64,000 nt of DNA from Lingula anatina (taxonomy: Eukaryota; Animalia; Brachiopoda): the NCBI GenBank assembly GCA_051362555.1, contig CM120641.1, positions 22,196,001-22,260,000 of the forward strand, written 5' to 3'. The translations under genes and the position numbers were made by a program. The notes below the pieces were generated by a model that saw nothing but the letters and a program-made list of their open reading frames with translations, had not been told where the DNA came from and did not search any database. Positions 13,003 to 25,200 of this stretch are shown here, in pieces (within the stretch, counting starts at the first letter, position 1; each line of letters starts with the position of its first letter).

Positions 13003-13117
13003 ATGAGTCCTGTAAGTTAATTCAGATCTACTGGTATTGTGCCTTAATTGGATTCCCAGTGTATTTAATTAAAAGTAAAAGCCACCTTTAGATAATATAA
13101 CACTGTCTAGTGGTTAA

Positions 13118-13841
13118 GGTAGTGTCCTTATGCTACACTGTGCAACAGCATCATGCATTAATGCCTTTTTTGTTGCACATTGCATCAGCAGCTAGTACTG
13201 GCAATCTGATGATCTAGCAATACTTGGAAGTTGAAATAAACAGGCTGGCTGAAATTGCATCACAAAATGCTTTTCAATAAAGATTATTCTCAGTTTTAAT
13301 ATTAAAATATTTAAACAAAATGTCAGCAGATAGTGTGGCTAGTTTTGTCATTGAAAATGCTTTGCTTGTAAAGAAAACTTTAAAAATGTGCCAAGAAAGT
13401 AGAAAATATCAGGTTTATCCGAAAACAAGTTGCCATAGCAACAAAATTGACATGGGTTCCCATTACTTTTTCACTCTTCCTGGTTTTGCTATATATACTG
13501 GTGGCCTAGTGTGGTGAATCTAGTCTATGACAGCACTTTACCTGCAAAGAAAACTTCAAAAATGTACCAAGAAAATGAAAAAAAATCAGTTTTATCCTAA
13601 AACAAAATGCCATAACAACAAAAATTGCATGGGTGCCTAGCAATTTTTTTCATTTTTGTCTAACATATGTACTGAAGATCAGGTGTAGGAGATATGGACT
13701 ATGAGTGCACTTCAACTGAAGAAAATTGAAAATACATGCAAAAATAAATAAATTTCCCATTACGTATCACATTTTCAAATCTTAATATGTATGCAATAAT
13801 GTAAAATATCTATCAGACAAATATACCATAAGGACATTACC
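13118..13841. mobile_element. Kolobok-like MITE just downstream of the galectin stop codon
   Basis: TTAA at 13114-13117 and 13842-13845; TIR GGTAGTGTCCTTATG vs GGTAATGTCCTTATG (14/15). Confidence 0.8.
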
Positions 13842-14641
13842 TTAAATGGCTAAGACACAGATGCTGTGGTTGCCTGTACTTATTTCTTTTTATAGGAGTT
13901 TGTAAATTCATACAAAAATTAATTCATATGTGAAAAAGCATCCTCTTTTGCATAAGACATTGTTTCATGGTTGAAGATACTCTTATACCACTCAGATTTG
14001 AGAGCAGTGAACCTTTTTTTTTTTTTTTTTTTTTTTTTTTTCAGATGGAGCCCCTGTCGGTGCCATGAACTGTGCTGTTAATTGCCAGGAATGTTGGTTT
14101 TAAACTAAATATAGAATTCAGGACCAGAACATTTAGTAAAGCTTATCTGGAAAAAATTTGTGCTAGAAATTCTTTTGGTTTAAAAGGGGTGGCTACATAA
14201 TATAATAAGAAGTTTTGGGCCTTTTCTATCTTCCTGAAGGGATTTAGATATATTGGCAAAATCCCAATGGATTCTTGCTAGGGCAGGTTGGCAATTTGCC
14301 CATGATTTGCATATTCACTGTGACATAAATGCTACAATTTGCTGTGATGATAATCTGTGTAAAATTATCCAGGACATTTGAAAAAAAAGGGTGGGTAATT
14401 TATTTCCTATAACTTATAAGTCACATGTTATGTGACTATTTAGTATGTTGCTGTAAATGTTTAATGCTATATGGGTATGGTGAAATGTTGGTTCTTTGTA
14501 GACTGAAAGTGTACATGTGTAATACTGGGTAAATATTGAAAATTAAGGAAAGTACTTAACTTTTTTCTCTTTAAGGTATGGGGGGTGTCCATGTACATGT
14601 AGTTCTAGTCAAGACCAAATGTGACAAAAAATGACCTTTAT

Positions 14642-16439
14642 AGACCTTTTTCATCTTTTCCGGAAATGGCAATTGCATTGTGGGTAGGGGAGCCCTGCTA
14701 TGTCGAAACACAGCGGTGCTAAAAACCATGGCTAAGTTTACGTGCTTTTTGTCCCGCTGCTACAATAACAGTAAGCGAGATAGACACATGAGATTTAATA
14801 AGTTCCCAACAAACCCATTAAAATGAAAAATATGGTAGAAAGAAAGGAAAATATAGCAGGTTTGGATCAAAAGTAGGGCACCGCGTTTGTGCTGAACATT
14901 TCGAAGGCAGGGAAGAAAACTATAATATTAGGAGATCAACGGGTAAACAATGCGAGAAAAAAAAATTATAAAGATCTGAAGAAAAAGTTGAAGAATAGGG
15001 GCCTAAAAAGAAAGAAAAGACTTTAAGCATGAGATTATGGAAAAAGAAAGTAAAAGCTGTGAAGTTTTACACGGGGATTCTACTTACAAAAAATTCAAGA
15101 ACTTTCACAACATTTTGTGTAACAACAAAGAGAAGGTTTGAAAAGTTTTGTATGTAATATCCTTTTTGTGTGTGTTTTATTGATAAGTGATCATTTTAAA
15201 TGTAGCAGGCCTATCACAAGTTTTAGTCTCTCATAACCCATAGTAGGGTGGGTTCTATTTTTTTTAACGTGAGACGTTAATAAAATTTTTATTATTATGT
15301 ATCCAGTCCCATATACGTATTACTGATTTGTACAAATGGGGCTCATATTATCAAGATCAACAGAGACATACGAAGAAGAAAGTACATCGGCTCTTGTTGA
15401 ACGCGTTATCGGCAAAATAAAAAGTAATTTATTTCTTAACACAATGAAAATCAAATAATTTGGCCTATTGCTATAATTTTGTTTTTGCCTGACGGTTTTG
15501 TTTCAGTTTGACAAAATTTTCATACTTGTCAGACCGAAAGTCTGACATTTTTTACCTGTCGTAAATTTTGTACATATACTAGAGTAAGACACGGTAAACT
15601 TTAATTATCGTCTGGGAAAGAGTCGAGAATTCCTGTCTCACCTATTTAACACTTATTAATTAGAAGGTTTCAATTACAGAGGAAAGGTCGTAGTTGAGGC
15701 CGCCACCCTTACCGAACAATTGAACAAGTAACACCTGATGCCTTATCAGGTACCAAATGATTTAATCAGTTCACCGACGAACAATCTGCGTGTCAGTTTT
15801 ACTTGTATACACAGTAGGTACGAGTCAAACAATGCAGGGAATCTTTTCATTTTATCATTTCAAAAATCTCTTAAGACATCCTTCAAACAAGACAAAAATT
15901 GTAATGAATTGATACTGCCGGTAAATGAGGTGATATCGCCACAGCTTGCATATATACATGTAATATTGTGAAGACGTAGGCCTACGCACCTGTCCACACT
16001 CTTGAAAGCTGTGTACGAGTCTGCTGGCTATTTTGATTTAATATATTTCGCATATCTTTATTATCGGAAGCATTTAAAAGAACTCTAAAGCTTTAGTTCG
16101 TCATCACTATTTAAAGTGCAGCCAAGGCTCGGACACTTAGGTGAAGTCTAGTTGTACAGCGCATCGTATTTAAACTGAGAAAAAAAACATTTAATTGCTT
16201 GATTCTCCATCCAAATAGCTGTTTTCTTGCCTACAGTTTACGCATTTCTATGCTTCAGCCACCTTTTTAGTTTGACAGAAAGCAGTGCACGCTTCAAACG
16301 ACCTTTTTATATGCGCACCTTGTACATCATCTATACCTAGCATTGCCATGCTGGAAACAGCAGAGGGCTACTATGACCCCTGTGGCACGCGGTTCCTGTC
16401 ATGCGCACCTCGTATTTCTGCAAAAGATGAAAAAGGTTT
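14642..16439 (+). mobile_element. Decayed, internally deleted ISL2EU (PIF/Harbinger-related) DNA transposon
   Basis: AT TSD (14640-41, 16440-41); about 26-bp TIR AGACCTTTTTCATCTTTTCCGGAAAT vs AAACCTTTTTCATCTTTTGCAGAAAT. Broken THAP domain on + from 14728 (MAKFTCFLSRCYNN...KFP...W...HRVCAEHF); DDE_Tnp_4-type LVERVIGKIK near 15390-15425; convergent SAP-like LKRWLKHRNA*TVGKK on - near 16220-16270. Confidence 0.85.
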
Positions 16440-16947
16440 ATAACTTAAGTGCATAAATATTACTAAAAATTCTAATTTACAAATTGTTACAACTGCCACT
16501 TTCAATTCTCATACCTAGATTTTTTGACAGTTGTAAATAGACTTTTTTTAATAATGATTATAAAATGTAAATGAAAACCTTCACCAGAACCTTTCAAGTT
16601 TTCTTTTTTAAAAATAACTAGTTGATTACTAGTGGATGTTTTACTGAAAAAGACCATGAACAATAAATATTGGTTTCCGAATAATATTTCATTTGCATTT
16701 GAATGTCAGTACATGGTATCTGCAGTTAACTCTCTCTGTCTCTCTCATTTTGCCTCTGCAGTGTCTTTGCTGTAGTTTACCATAAACTGTGTCAAGTCGG
16801 AACATAGATTCTGAAGTAGACGTTGTTGTTATACATGTATATAAAATCATATACTGGTAGTAATAGCCATAAAGCTTGTGCAGCTTCACAAATTAAAAAT
16901 GCATATACAAAAACTTCACATCTTCACAAAACTAAAATAAAGTCAAA

Positions 16948-18246
16948 ACAAGGCAGCAAAGCTGTCAAATTTACAGACAAAAGGCAGAAAATATTGACTC
17001 ATAAAATAAGTTATTTTGTCAGACATGATGCAATAATGCATTATGTTTAACAGCAAAATTAGCACCAAAATTTAGTTATGCACAACAGGTAATATGGATA
17101 TTAGGAATATGTAACTAGCGTGAGGCTGCAGGCTCATTAAATTCAAATTCACAAACTGGAAATGCCAGAATGAGAAAAATGAAAATTTCACCAAAAAAAA
17201 AAAAAAAAAAATGTATTAATTCTGTATGTCAGTCCTAAGAATCGATCTTAAAGTTACAAAATTTTTCTTTCATGGCAATTGTGGTGGCAGTGCACAAATT
17301 GGCCTTTTTTCGTCAATTTTGATGCAATATTACATACATGAGTAACAGCATAATCACCACCAATTTTTAATTATCTACTATACATAACAGGGATATTCAG
17401 AAAGTGTTAGTACCATAAGGCTATATGCCTATGGGAGTTCAAATTCCCACACTGAAAAGCCCAATATATGGAAGCTGAAAATTTCATTTAAAAAAACTAA
17501 CTTCTAGAAAACGAATTCAATCAGACTGGTTTTCTAATTCGAGCTGTATTCCAATCCTATGAATATATTTTTAAGTTAAAGAATCATAAGTTGCATGGTT
17601 TTCCTTTAATGTTCAATATGGCATCAGTGCCAAAAAGGGGTTTCTTCAAATTTGACACAATATTGATGCTTAACAGCACAATCACCATTGGTATTTTTAT
17701 GATATAAGTATCATGGATATTCAGAAAATGTGACTAACAATGACTTTCAAGTTTGAAGTCACACCTTGAAAATGCTGTGATGTGAAAAATGAAAATTGAA
17801 TTAAAATGCAAATATAAAGAAAAAAACAGGTTAGAGAATAATAAGTAAAATGGCCTTCCTTTTTCTGTGCTTTTGTTATGTCAATTTTGGTAATAAGGCA
17901 TTTAAGGAATTCTGAGAAATTCTGCTTACTTAAGTGCTATTGCCAAGTAATTTATGACCACTTGAGAATTAATGTGGCAAGTAATATAATTAGTTAACAT
18001 CTCACACCTAGTAATTATACACAAGGGACAACTAAAGACTGATCAAGACTAGGCGAAACAATATATCACTGACACAAAGTTGGATTTACAAAATACAACA
18101 AATGGTCCAATCATGCTGTTTTTTTAACTGGGCCAGTTTTTTAATGAATATTCATCAGTTCTGCAAGCTTGAAGATAATAGGTCAAACAGCGATGACAGA
18201 CAGGTGATGGCTATATGTTCAGACAGGATGTGTCTGTACATAAAAA
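16948..18246 (+). mobile_element. Helentron/HINE-type element, older diverged copy
   Basis: Starts ACAAGGCAGCAAAGCTGTCAAAT, ends gatgtgtctgtacataaaaa. Confidence 0.7.
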
Positions 18247-18351
18247 ATTAATGAAAATTGTATAAAAATATATTGGTGTTCATATCATAACAGCTTATAT
18301 AACATGTATGTGAACCAGCCAGTGGTCCTATGCTTAGCTGTAAAAATGCAG

Positions 18352-19141
18352 TGCATTGTGTGCAGTGCTTTCAGAGTTCAAATTATAGGTTCCACTTAGT
18401 ATTTTAAAAAGGTAATGATAATACTGATAAAAATATTAACTGTAGTTCTATACCATGTCAAAATGTCTTGAATATATATATATATCCTAAATGTTTAAAT
18501 ACAGTAATCTGTACATGTGAGTGGTTGATTTTGCAGAAGGCATAATATACTTTAAGGCAAAAAATCTGATGAGATATCCCTTAAACTTCACCAAAGAGCA
18601 CTGATACAAAAGCAGATCACTTGTATGCAACAGTCATGGAAGGCAAAACTATCTAGATTAATTTGGTAAGAAAAGGCAAACTAAGATTTGTCAAATATAT
18701 ATTGTGCATGGTAAACGCTGCTAGTCCTGTCTCAAAAGTAGTCATGAAACTGCAGATAACTGCATTGTGTGCAGTGCTTTCAGAGTTCAAGTTATAGTTT
18801 CCACTTAGTATTTAAAAAAAGTTATTATAATACTGATAAAATATTAACTGGAGTTCTATACCATGTCAAAATGTCTTGAATATATATATATATACCTAAA
18901 TGATAAAATACAGTAATCTGTCCTGTTTTACATGTAAAAAAATGATGATATTCCTTACACTTCACCAAAAAAAAAAAAAAAAAAAAAAAAAACTGATACA
19001 AAAGCAGATCACTTGTATGCAACAGTCACCAAGGGCAAAACTATCTGGGATGAATTTGGTAAAAAAAAAAGGCAAACAAAGGTTTGTCAGATATATATTG
19101 TGCATGGTAAACACTGCTAGCCTTGTCTCAAAAGTAGTCAT
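18352..19141. repeat. About 409-bp tandem duplication (2 diverged copies) in the probable 3' UTR of the minus-strand membrane gene
   Basis: tgcattgtgtgcagtgctttcagagttcaa starts at 18352 and 18761; both copies end ...tgtctcaaaagtagtcat. Confidence 0.9.
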
Positions 19142-19209
19142 CAGACTTCAACTATTTTTATGTACAGACACGTCTTGCTTTGAAGATAGCCTCCAGGCAC
19201 CATCGTGGA

Positions 19210-22200
19210 TTACAGATAAGAGACTTCACTTTTGGGGGCCACCACTGGGGCACCTGGTTCGTCTTCAGGGGCTGAACTGGTGGGTTCCTCTCTCAATGTC
19301 TGGTAATGCTTGCTGTCATGCTCAAACAGAGCATTGTCAAATTCCAGCGTCTATTGAAAACAAAATATACATTTAGACTCTTTCTCCAAAGTTGAAAGTA
19401 AGTATCTTTTACTTGCTGTTCTGGTATGGGAATATGTGTCAGAAATTGCCACTGATTTTTGCTGGAACAAGTAGAGGCTGAAAACTAAATGACCCATGAC
19501 CCTTCACAGGTTCTGGCTGTTTATCATGCAGTTAAACTCGGCAATATGCACATTAACCTAAGGTCCAGTATAATTTAAGTAAAGCTCCCAACACTGTAAA
19601 TAAATGTTTTTTTCCTTCATAATTGAAATATTCATGAACACAAGCAATTGACCACCATTTCTCCATTTCATGTGGCAGTGAATGCCTCACAATAATGCAA
19701 AAGACAATTTAGTATTTTCTCGAAGGTAAAATGTGAAGAAAGAAAAGAAATGAGAAAGGGTAGCATGTACCTGGTCATAGCCAGAATCACTGGGAGCAAT
19801 GGAGTCCTTGTCCAACTTTTCCTTAGTTCTTTGTCTTTTTTGCTGATACATCTAAAAATAATAATTCAAGATATTTATAAATATACTCAATAACCATAAA
19901 TTACACTTTTTAAAATCACAAATAAAACTGAAAACATGTAAACTCCAAATTATGTTATTTTTAATTTTCTACTGTAGTTAGTATCTTCTGTGAATTGGTA
20001 TGCATATAAATATTTATTTCTCAAATTTAAAAATAATTGAGATTTCTGAAGTCTCAATAAAAAGGAAAATGTATTTTTTAAAACTTACACAGAATCCTAC
20101 TACTGAACCCACTAGAGCAAAAACCACACAGACCACCACTGGAATCACCATTTTTATCATCTTTCCCCCATCTGCTCCTTTAGTAGACATTGCTATCTTT
20201 GTTCTACCTGGAGCTCTATACTCCATCTGAGCTGACATGGAACCTGGTGCTGCCATGAGCTGATGGTTGTCAAAATTCAAATAGAAATCACCACTGGATA
20301 TCTGCAATTGTACAGTGTAGTTGGTAAACTTTTATTACCATGCATTTGTTGCAAAAAGCATATGGAACACACTTGAATTGAAAAATGAAAAAAAAAATTA
20401 AAAAAAGTTAAATGGCAATATAGTAGTCAAAAGTGATATTACCTTTCCACGCAAGTAATAGGAAATGGCTGACATGTCAGAAGAACCATCTTGCAACACA
20501 GTGAGTTGGACATGTAACAATTTACTGTTTGGCTTGACTGAGATCTGGAGAGAAAATTTTACATTTGGAATAAAAATATAATTAAATGATAATTAGATGG
20601 CTACAAAATTATGCTTGTATTAAGAGAGGAAATTTCACATTTGGAATAAAAATATCACTGAATGATAAAAACATGAAGATAGCTACAAATTGTGCTAATA
20701 TTCATACTTTTTTAGAAACTATCAGGGTCAGTAGATAACGACACACTGACTGTTAATATTGTACTTACTGTGAGGTCTTTTATTTGTTCATTTTTAAGGT
20801 CCAAATCATGCATCAAAAACCCCCTCAAAGCACTAGAAGGTAAAATACAACGTTATTCATGAAATGTCTTTATCAATAAGCTGTCTTTCATTTGCTATTA
20901 TGTAAAAGAAACCTTTGCTAATTCTTTAAGTTTATTGTAGCTCAGGTTCATGTGTTCTTACATCTGATGAACTCATAATGCTTATAATAACTAGGTCATA
21001 TTAGGATTTTGACCCAGGACACGATGCTGTTTATACACAATAATGTGCTTTGGTGGAAAAATTGACTGATTGATTGATTGACAACTCTTGAAATTGAAAA
21101 GTTGACCCTGTTTAAACTTCAGTGTGCCCCCAGTTTCCACACATGTTGTGCTTCAAATCTTTCTTCCGTTTCACCTAGATTACTCTTTACTTGCATGTTT
21201 GTTTGAAGATGGTTGAAATGACAAATTTTGACAGTGTAAGTACATTGGCATAAGTACATGCCAGGGAATCAGTTGTGTTTTGTCAGACAATTGCTGATCA
21301 AGATTTGGTTTCCTGAGCAAAAAAAAAAAAAAAAATTGTTGCAAAATGCACAATTGTTAATGTTGAGCCCTGAGTAACAATTTCTTTTTCTTTTATTTTG
21401 CAAAACTACATATAAATTTATTTCTTTCTTGTGGCCCTGGTGCTTATCAAAATTCATTTCCACAAATACCTGGTCAGCCCTGTGATGGAGGCTGATGTCA
21501 TGCCTGGTGATGCTTGAAGTTCAAACTGAATACGAACAGCAATACTTTTCCTCATCATGCCACACTTCTTGCCATGAGATATTTTCTTCCCCTCTTCATT
21601 AACACACCAACACTTTTTATTATTGCACTGAGTGACCTTGAATGTTCCCCTCTTTGTGCAAGCAAGTAGCTGAACCCTTCCACCAACAAGAGCAGTCATC
21701 ACTGCTACTGCACGTTGTCTCTGACACACTGGGTAGACTGAACAAGAGAGAAAGATGATTAATACAGAAAGAGAAAGGATGAAATTTTAATAATAATTAC
21801 ATATTTATTTAATAAAAATATATTTATCTAAAAACATGTTCTGTAGACTTTTCAAATAAAATACAATACAAATGGAATATAAAGTTAAAAGGATTAATAA
21901 TTGTTAAAAGAATGTTAATATTAGAGATAAGGAACTTTGTTATCAATAACCATAACTAGACTGAAATATGCCATGTTTGAATCTTACATCAGAAAAAAAT
22001 CATTGAAATTCAATATCACACTTGGGGCCTAACAATTGTGGTTTAACATGGCAATGTGCTTTTGGAACTCCAGTTTTGATAGATTATCTGAACAATTAAC
22101 ATATTTGTGTGATGCTTTAAATGAATCATATGTTGATGCTGACATCAGATATGAAGGGAAAAGTATTTTAAATGTAAGAAAAATTTGTTATTGATTATTT

Positions 22201-25200
22201 TTGACTGATGATGTAACCCTACTGAAATATAATATTAAATTTAATAAAACAATCTAAGCATACTTTTGTTGCACTGAATTTCCATTCTGGTGACAATGTC
22301 ATAGTATTTAGGTTGACAAGTCTGTGGGTCAGGAAGACATATGGCCTCTGGATACTTGTCACATGTCACGTTCATACAAACATTATATGGACAGGCCTTA
22401 AGAGGCACTTCTAAAAAAGACAACAAAATAAACTTTATTGTGCATGTGTGTTACATTGTACTCAACAAATTTTTGCAGAATAGTTGCATTGGGTTCTCAT
22501 AATTCAAAATGGAAATATTACTCAAGGTGAAGTTTTTTTTAAGGAGAGAGAGATGAAAACAATTTTAAAAAGAATGAAAATAATTTTTCTATGAGATCAT
22601 TATGCAATAATACTGAATATTACCTGACTGTCCCTGGTCTTGCAAATCATATGCTGAAAATTTTAACATGAACATATTATCACTTAAGAAAAAATCATTT
22701 TGAAAGATATTAACATTTATTTAAAATTGTAAGGCAGATAATAGAGACACTATCAAAACCAGGAAATGTGTCATTGTGAACATATCTAAATAAAGTTTTG
22801 TTTACTAATGAACTGCTTGTTATTATGTAATTATTATGAAAATAAATTGCCAACATGAAAGGGATGTCAACTCTTCATTTTGCTTGGAAAAGTGCCATAA
22901 AATGGATTTTCCTGGGGTAATTGACAATTTTCCCAAACTTTCCAATGGTCAGTGATTCTGTTCTGACATTTAAAGTTAGTCAATGTTTTTTTTAAGTATG
23001 GGTTTTGTACTAATTTAATTTCTTATGAGATGAGGGTCCAGGTGGTCTGATGGCAAGTGCAAAATTCAGAATAACTGTGATATATATATGCAGCTTTGGT
23101 GGTTAAATGATATGAGATATATTTCTAAGTGTTGTTTACAATGTTAGTAATTATTGTGGAATTTTGAATCTCATATGAAACCATAAGTACCTTTACAGTC
23201 CACATGTTTTAACTGTGGTCCTTTCTCCTCCCCATCCTCTACCATCTCCTTTTCTCCATCATCATCATCATCCTTTCCCCATTCCTTTTCTCTATCATCA
23301 GCAACATCCTCTCCAAACTCCTTTTCTCCACCATCGTCCTTTCCCCATTCCTTTTCTCCATCATCAGCAACATCCTCTCCCAACTCCTTTTCTCCATCAT
23401 CCTCCCCGACCTCCTTTTCTCCATTCTCATTTTCACCTTGATCATCTTCTCCACCATCCCCCTCCCAATCTGTTGTCCATCCCTTTGCCATCATTTGTAC
23501 CATCTCTTCATCCTCCATATATCCACTGCCACCAACATTCCTTCCTGTATCAATATTGTCAGCCATTTCGTCAAGTGTCATCCTCTTTAAAGTCTTTATT
23601 TGCATTATATGGTGTTTTAATTCTTTCATCCAGACGCTCTGTGAACTTGCCTGTGCACTAGACACATTTACAAAATGCCTGAAACTAAAATAAAGACTTA
23701 TTAAAGACTTAATATTCAAACTTTGTTTTATAACTTCTTTGCAGCATGAAATTGATTGTTGTTGCAACGGCAACAGGGACATGCAGCCATGACGCGAACA
23801 GACAGACCAATCAGAATATATACAGACACTAAGTGTCTGTATATAAAAACATGATTTTACCAGCTCTTTCCCTGCCTTTTCTGTACTGTTTTGGTAGTTA
23901 TTTTATTTTTGTTTTAAATTTATATAACTTCCTGAGATGCAAGAAATAATCACAATTTGCACCTCTGTATTCATAAATGTGCAATAAGACACCAAAATGA
24001 AGAATGTAGTTTGATTTGAATCTCTATGAATGTATTTCTATTTTACATAACACCTTGGATTATGAATAGAGCTCAATGTCCAGAAAGTAGCCACTGGCAA
24101 GAAAAGCCAATCTAAGTTGACCTTTCTTACCCCAAATAATGATGAGATTCTTTCTTTTACTCACTGGGAATAACATAGCGTGGTTTGAACATCAGGCCCT
24201 TGGGAATGGCAACTGGACTACTTTTTTTTTTTTTTTGATAACAGTAATGTGCTAGGATGTAGTTAGTTATCCTACTGTATTTTTCCAACAGGAAATACAT
24301 TCATTAGTACAAAGTATATCTCTCAACTTCTGGCTGTTTTTCTATTTTCCCTAACAAACTGGCAACCATACTGAAAAATGCTCATCTCAGTAGTAACAAC
24401 CAAGCTAATTTTACTCTCTCTACCCATAAGGAATGCATTTCTGTAAAAAAAAGTTTACAAAAAAGAACTTTGCAGGGTTAGTGTTTTGGCAACTCACCAT
24501 ATTCCCATATTTCCTTTGGTTATTGATATATTTCACAATTAATTTTGAAGAATTATGACAAGGGTGCAGTGTGACAAACCATATGTTTATGCAAATGCGT
24601 TCATTGCCCCCAAAATTTGGCAATTTCAAGTTAAAATGTGATCTGCCATAAGATGAAGACTTAGCCTTTATGATTTATGAGAAGTAAGCAATAATAAAAG
24701 TAGACTTTGTAATTGCCAGACCAAATCCAAGGCACCTCCAGTACAATATACCAGTGAATGAAAACATCAAATGTTCAATTTAAATTGTAGCATAGTTTAT
24801 CATACATACCTAGATGAACAAACAAGAGATGACCTCTTGTCCACAAAGAATGAGATTTTGCAGTTGTCACAAGGATCGGCAAAACACAGTGCCGCAGGGT
24901 AATTTGGGCATGATGCATCCACACAACTGTTGGAACAAATTGCAGGTATACGTCCATTTTTACACTCTAATGAAGAAATAAGAGTTACTAATTGCACACT
25001 GTATAATGCAATAACTGTCGCAGTTTTTTATTCAAGTGATACATGTCAACTACAAAATTAAACAACTCTGATAACCATCAAAATAATTTATATAAAGAGA
25101 ACCATTTTCAGAAAAAACAAAAGTTCAATATGCAAAATGAACTTACTGTACAGAGGGTCGCTTTCATATGCTACCCTGTCACCTGAAATATTTATAATAA

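Noticed and set aside
18900-19376. 158-aa + strand ORF
   Set aside because: Antisense to the last exon and 3' UTR duplication; the poly-Lys comes from an A-run.
23215-23661. His/Pro-rich + strand ORF and the overlapping MEKR-repeat ORF
   Set aside because: Antisense and alternative-frame shadows of the acidic exon 23678-23191; no splice support.
24165-24212. 48-nt optional exon with GTGAGT donor
   Set aside because: Frame-neutral and open, but the acceptor is preceded by poly-A instead of a pyrimidine tract; unsupported without RNA data.
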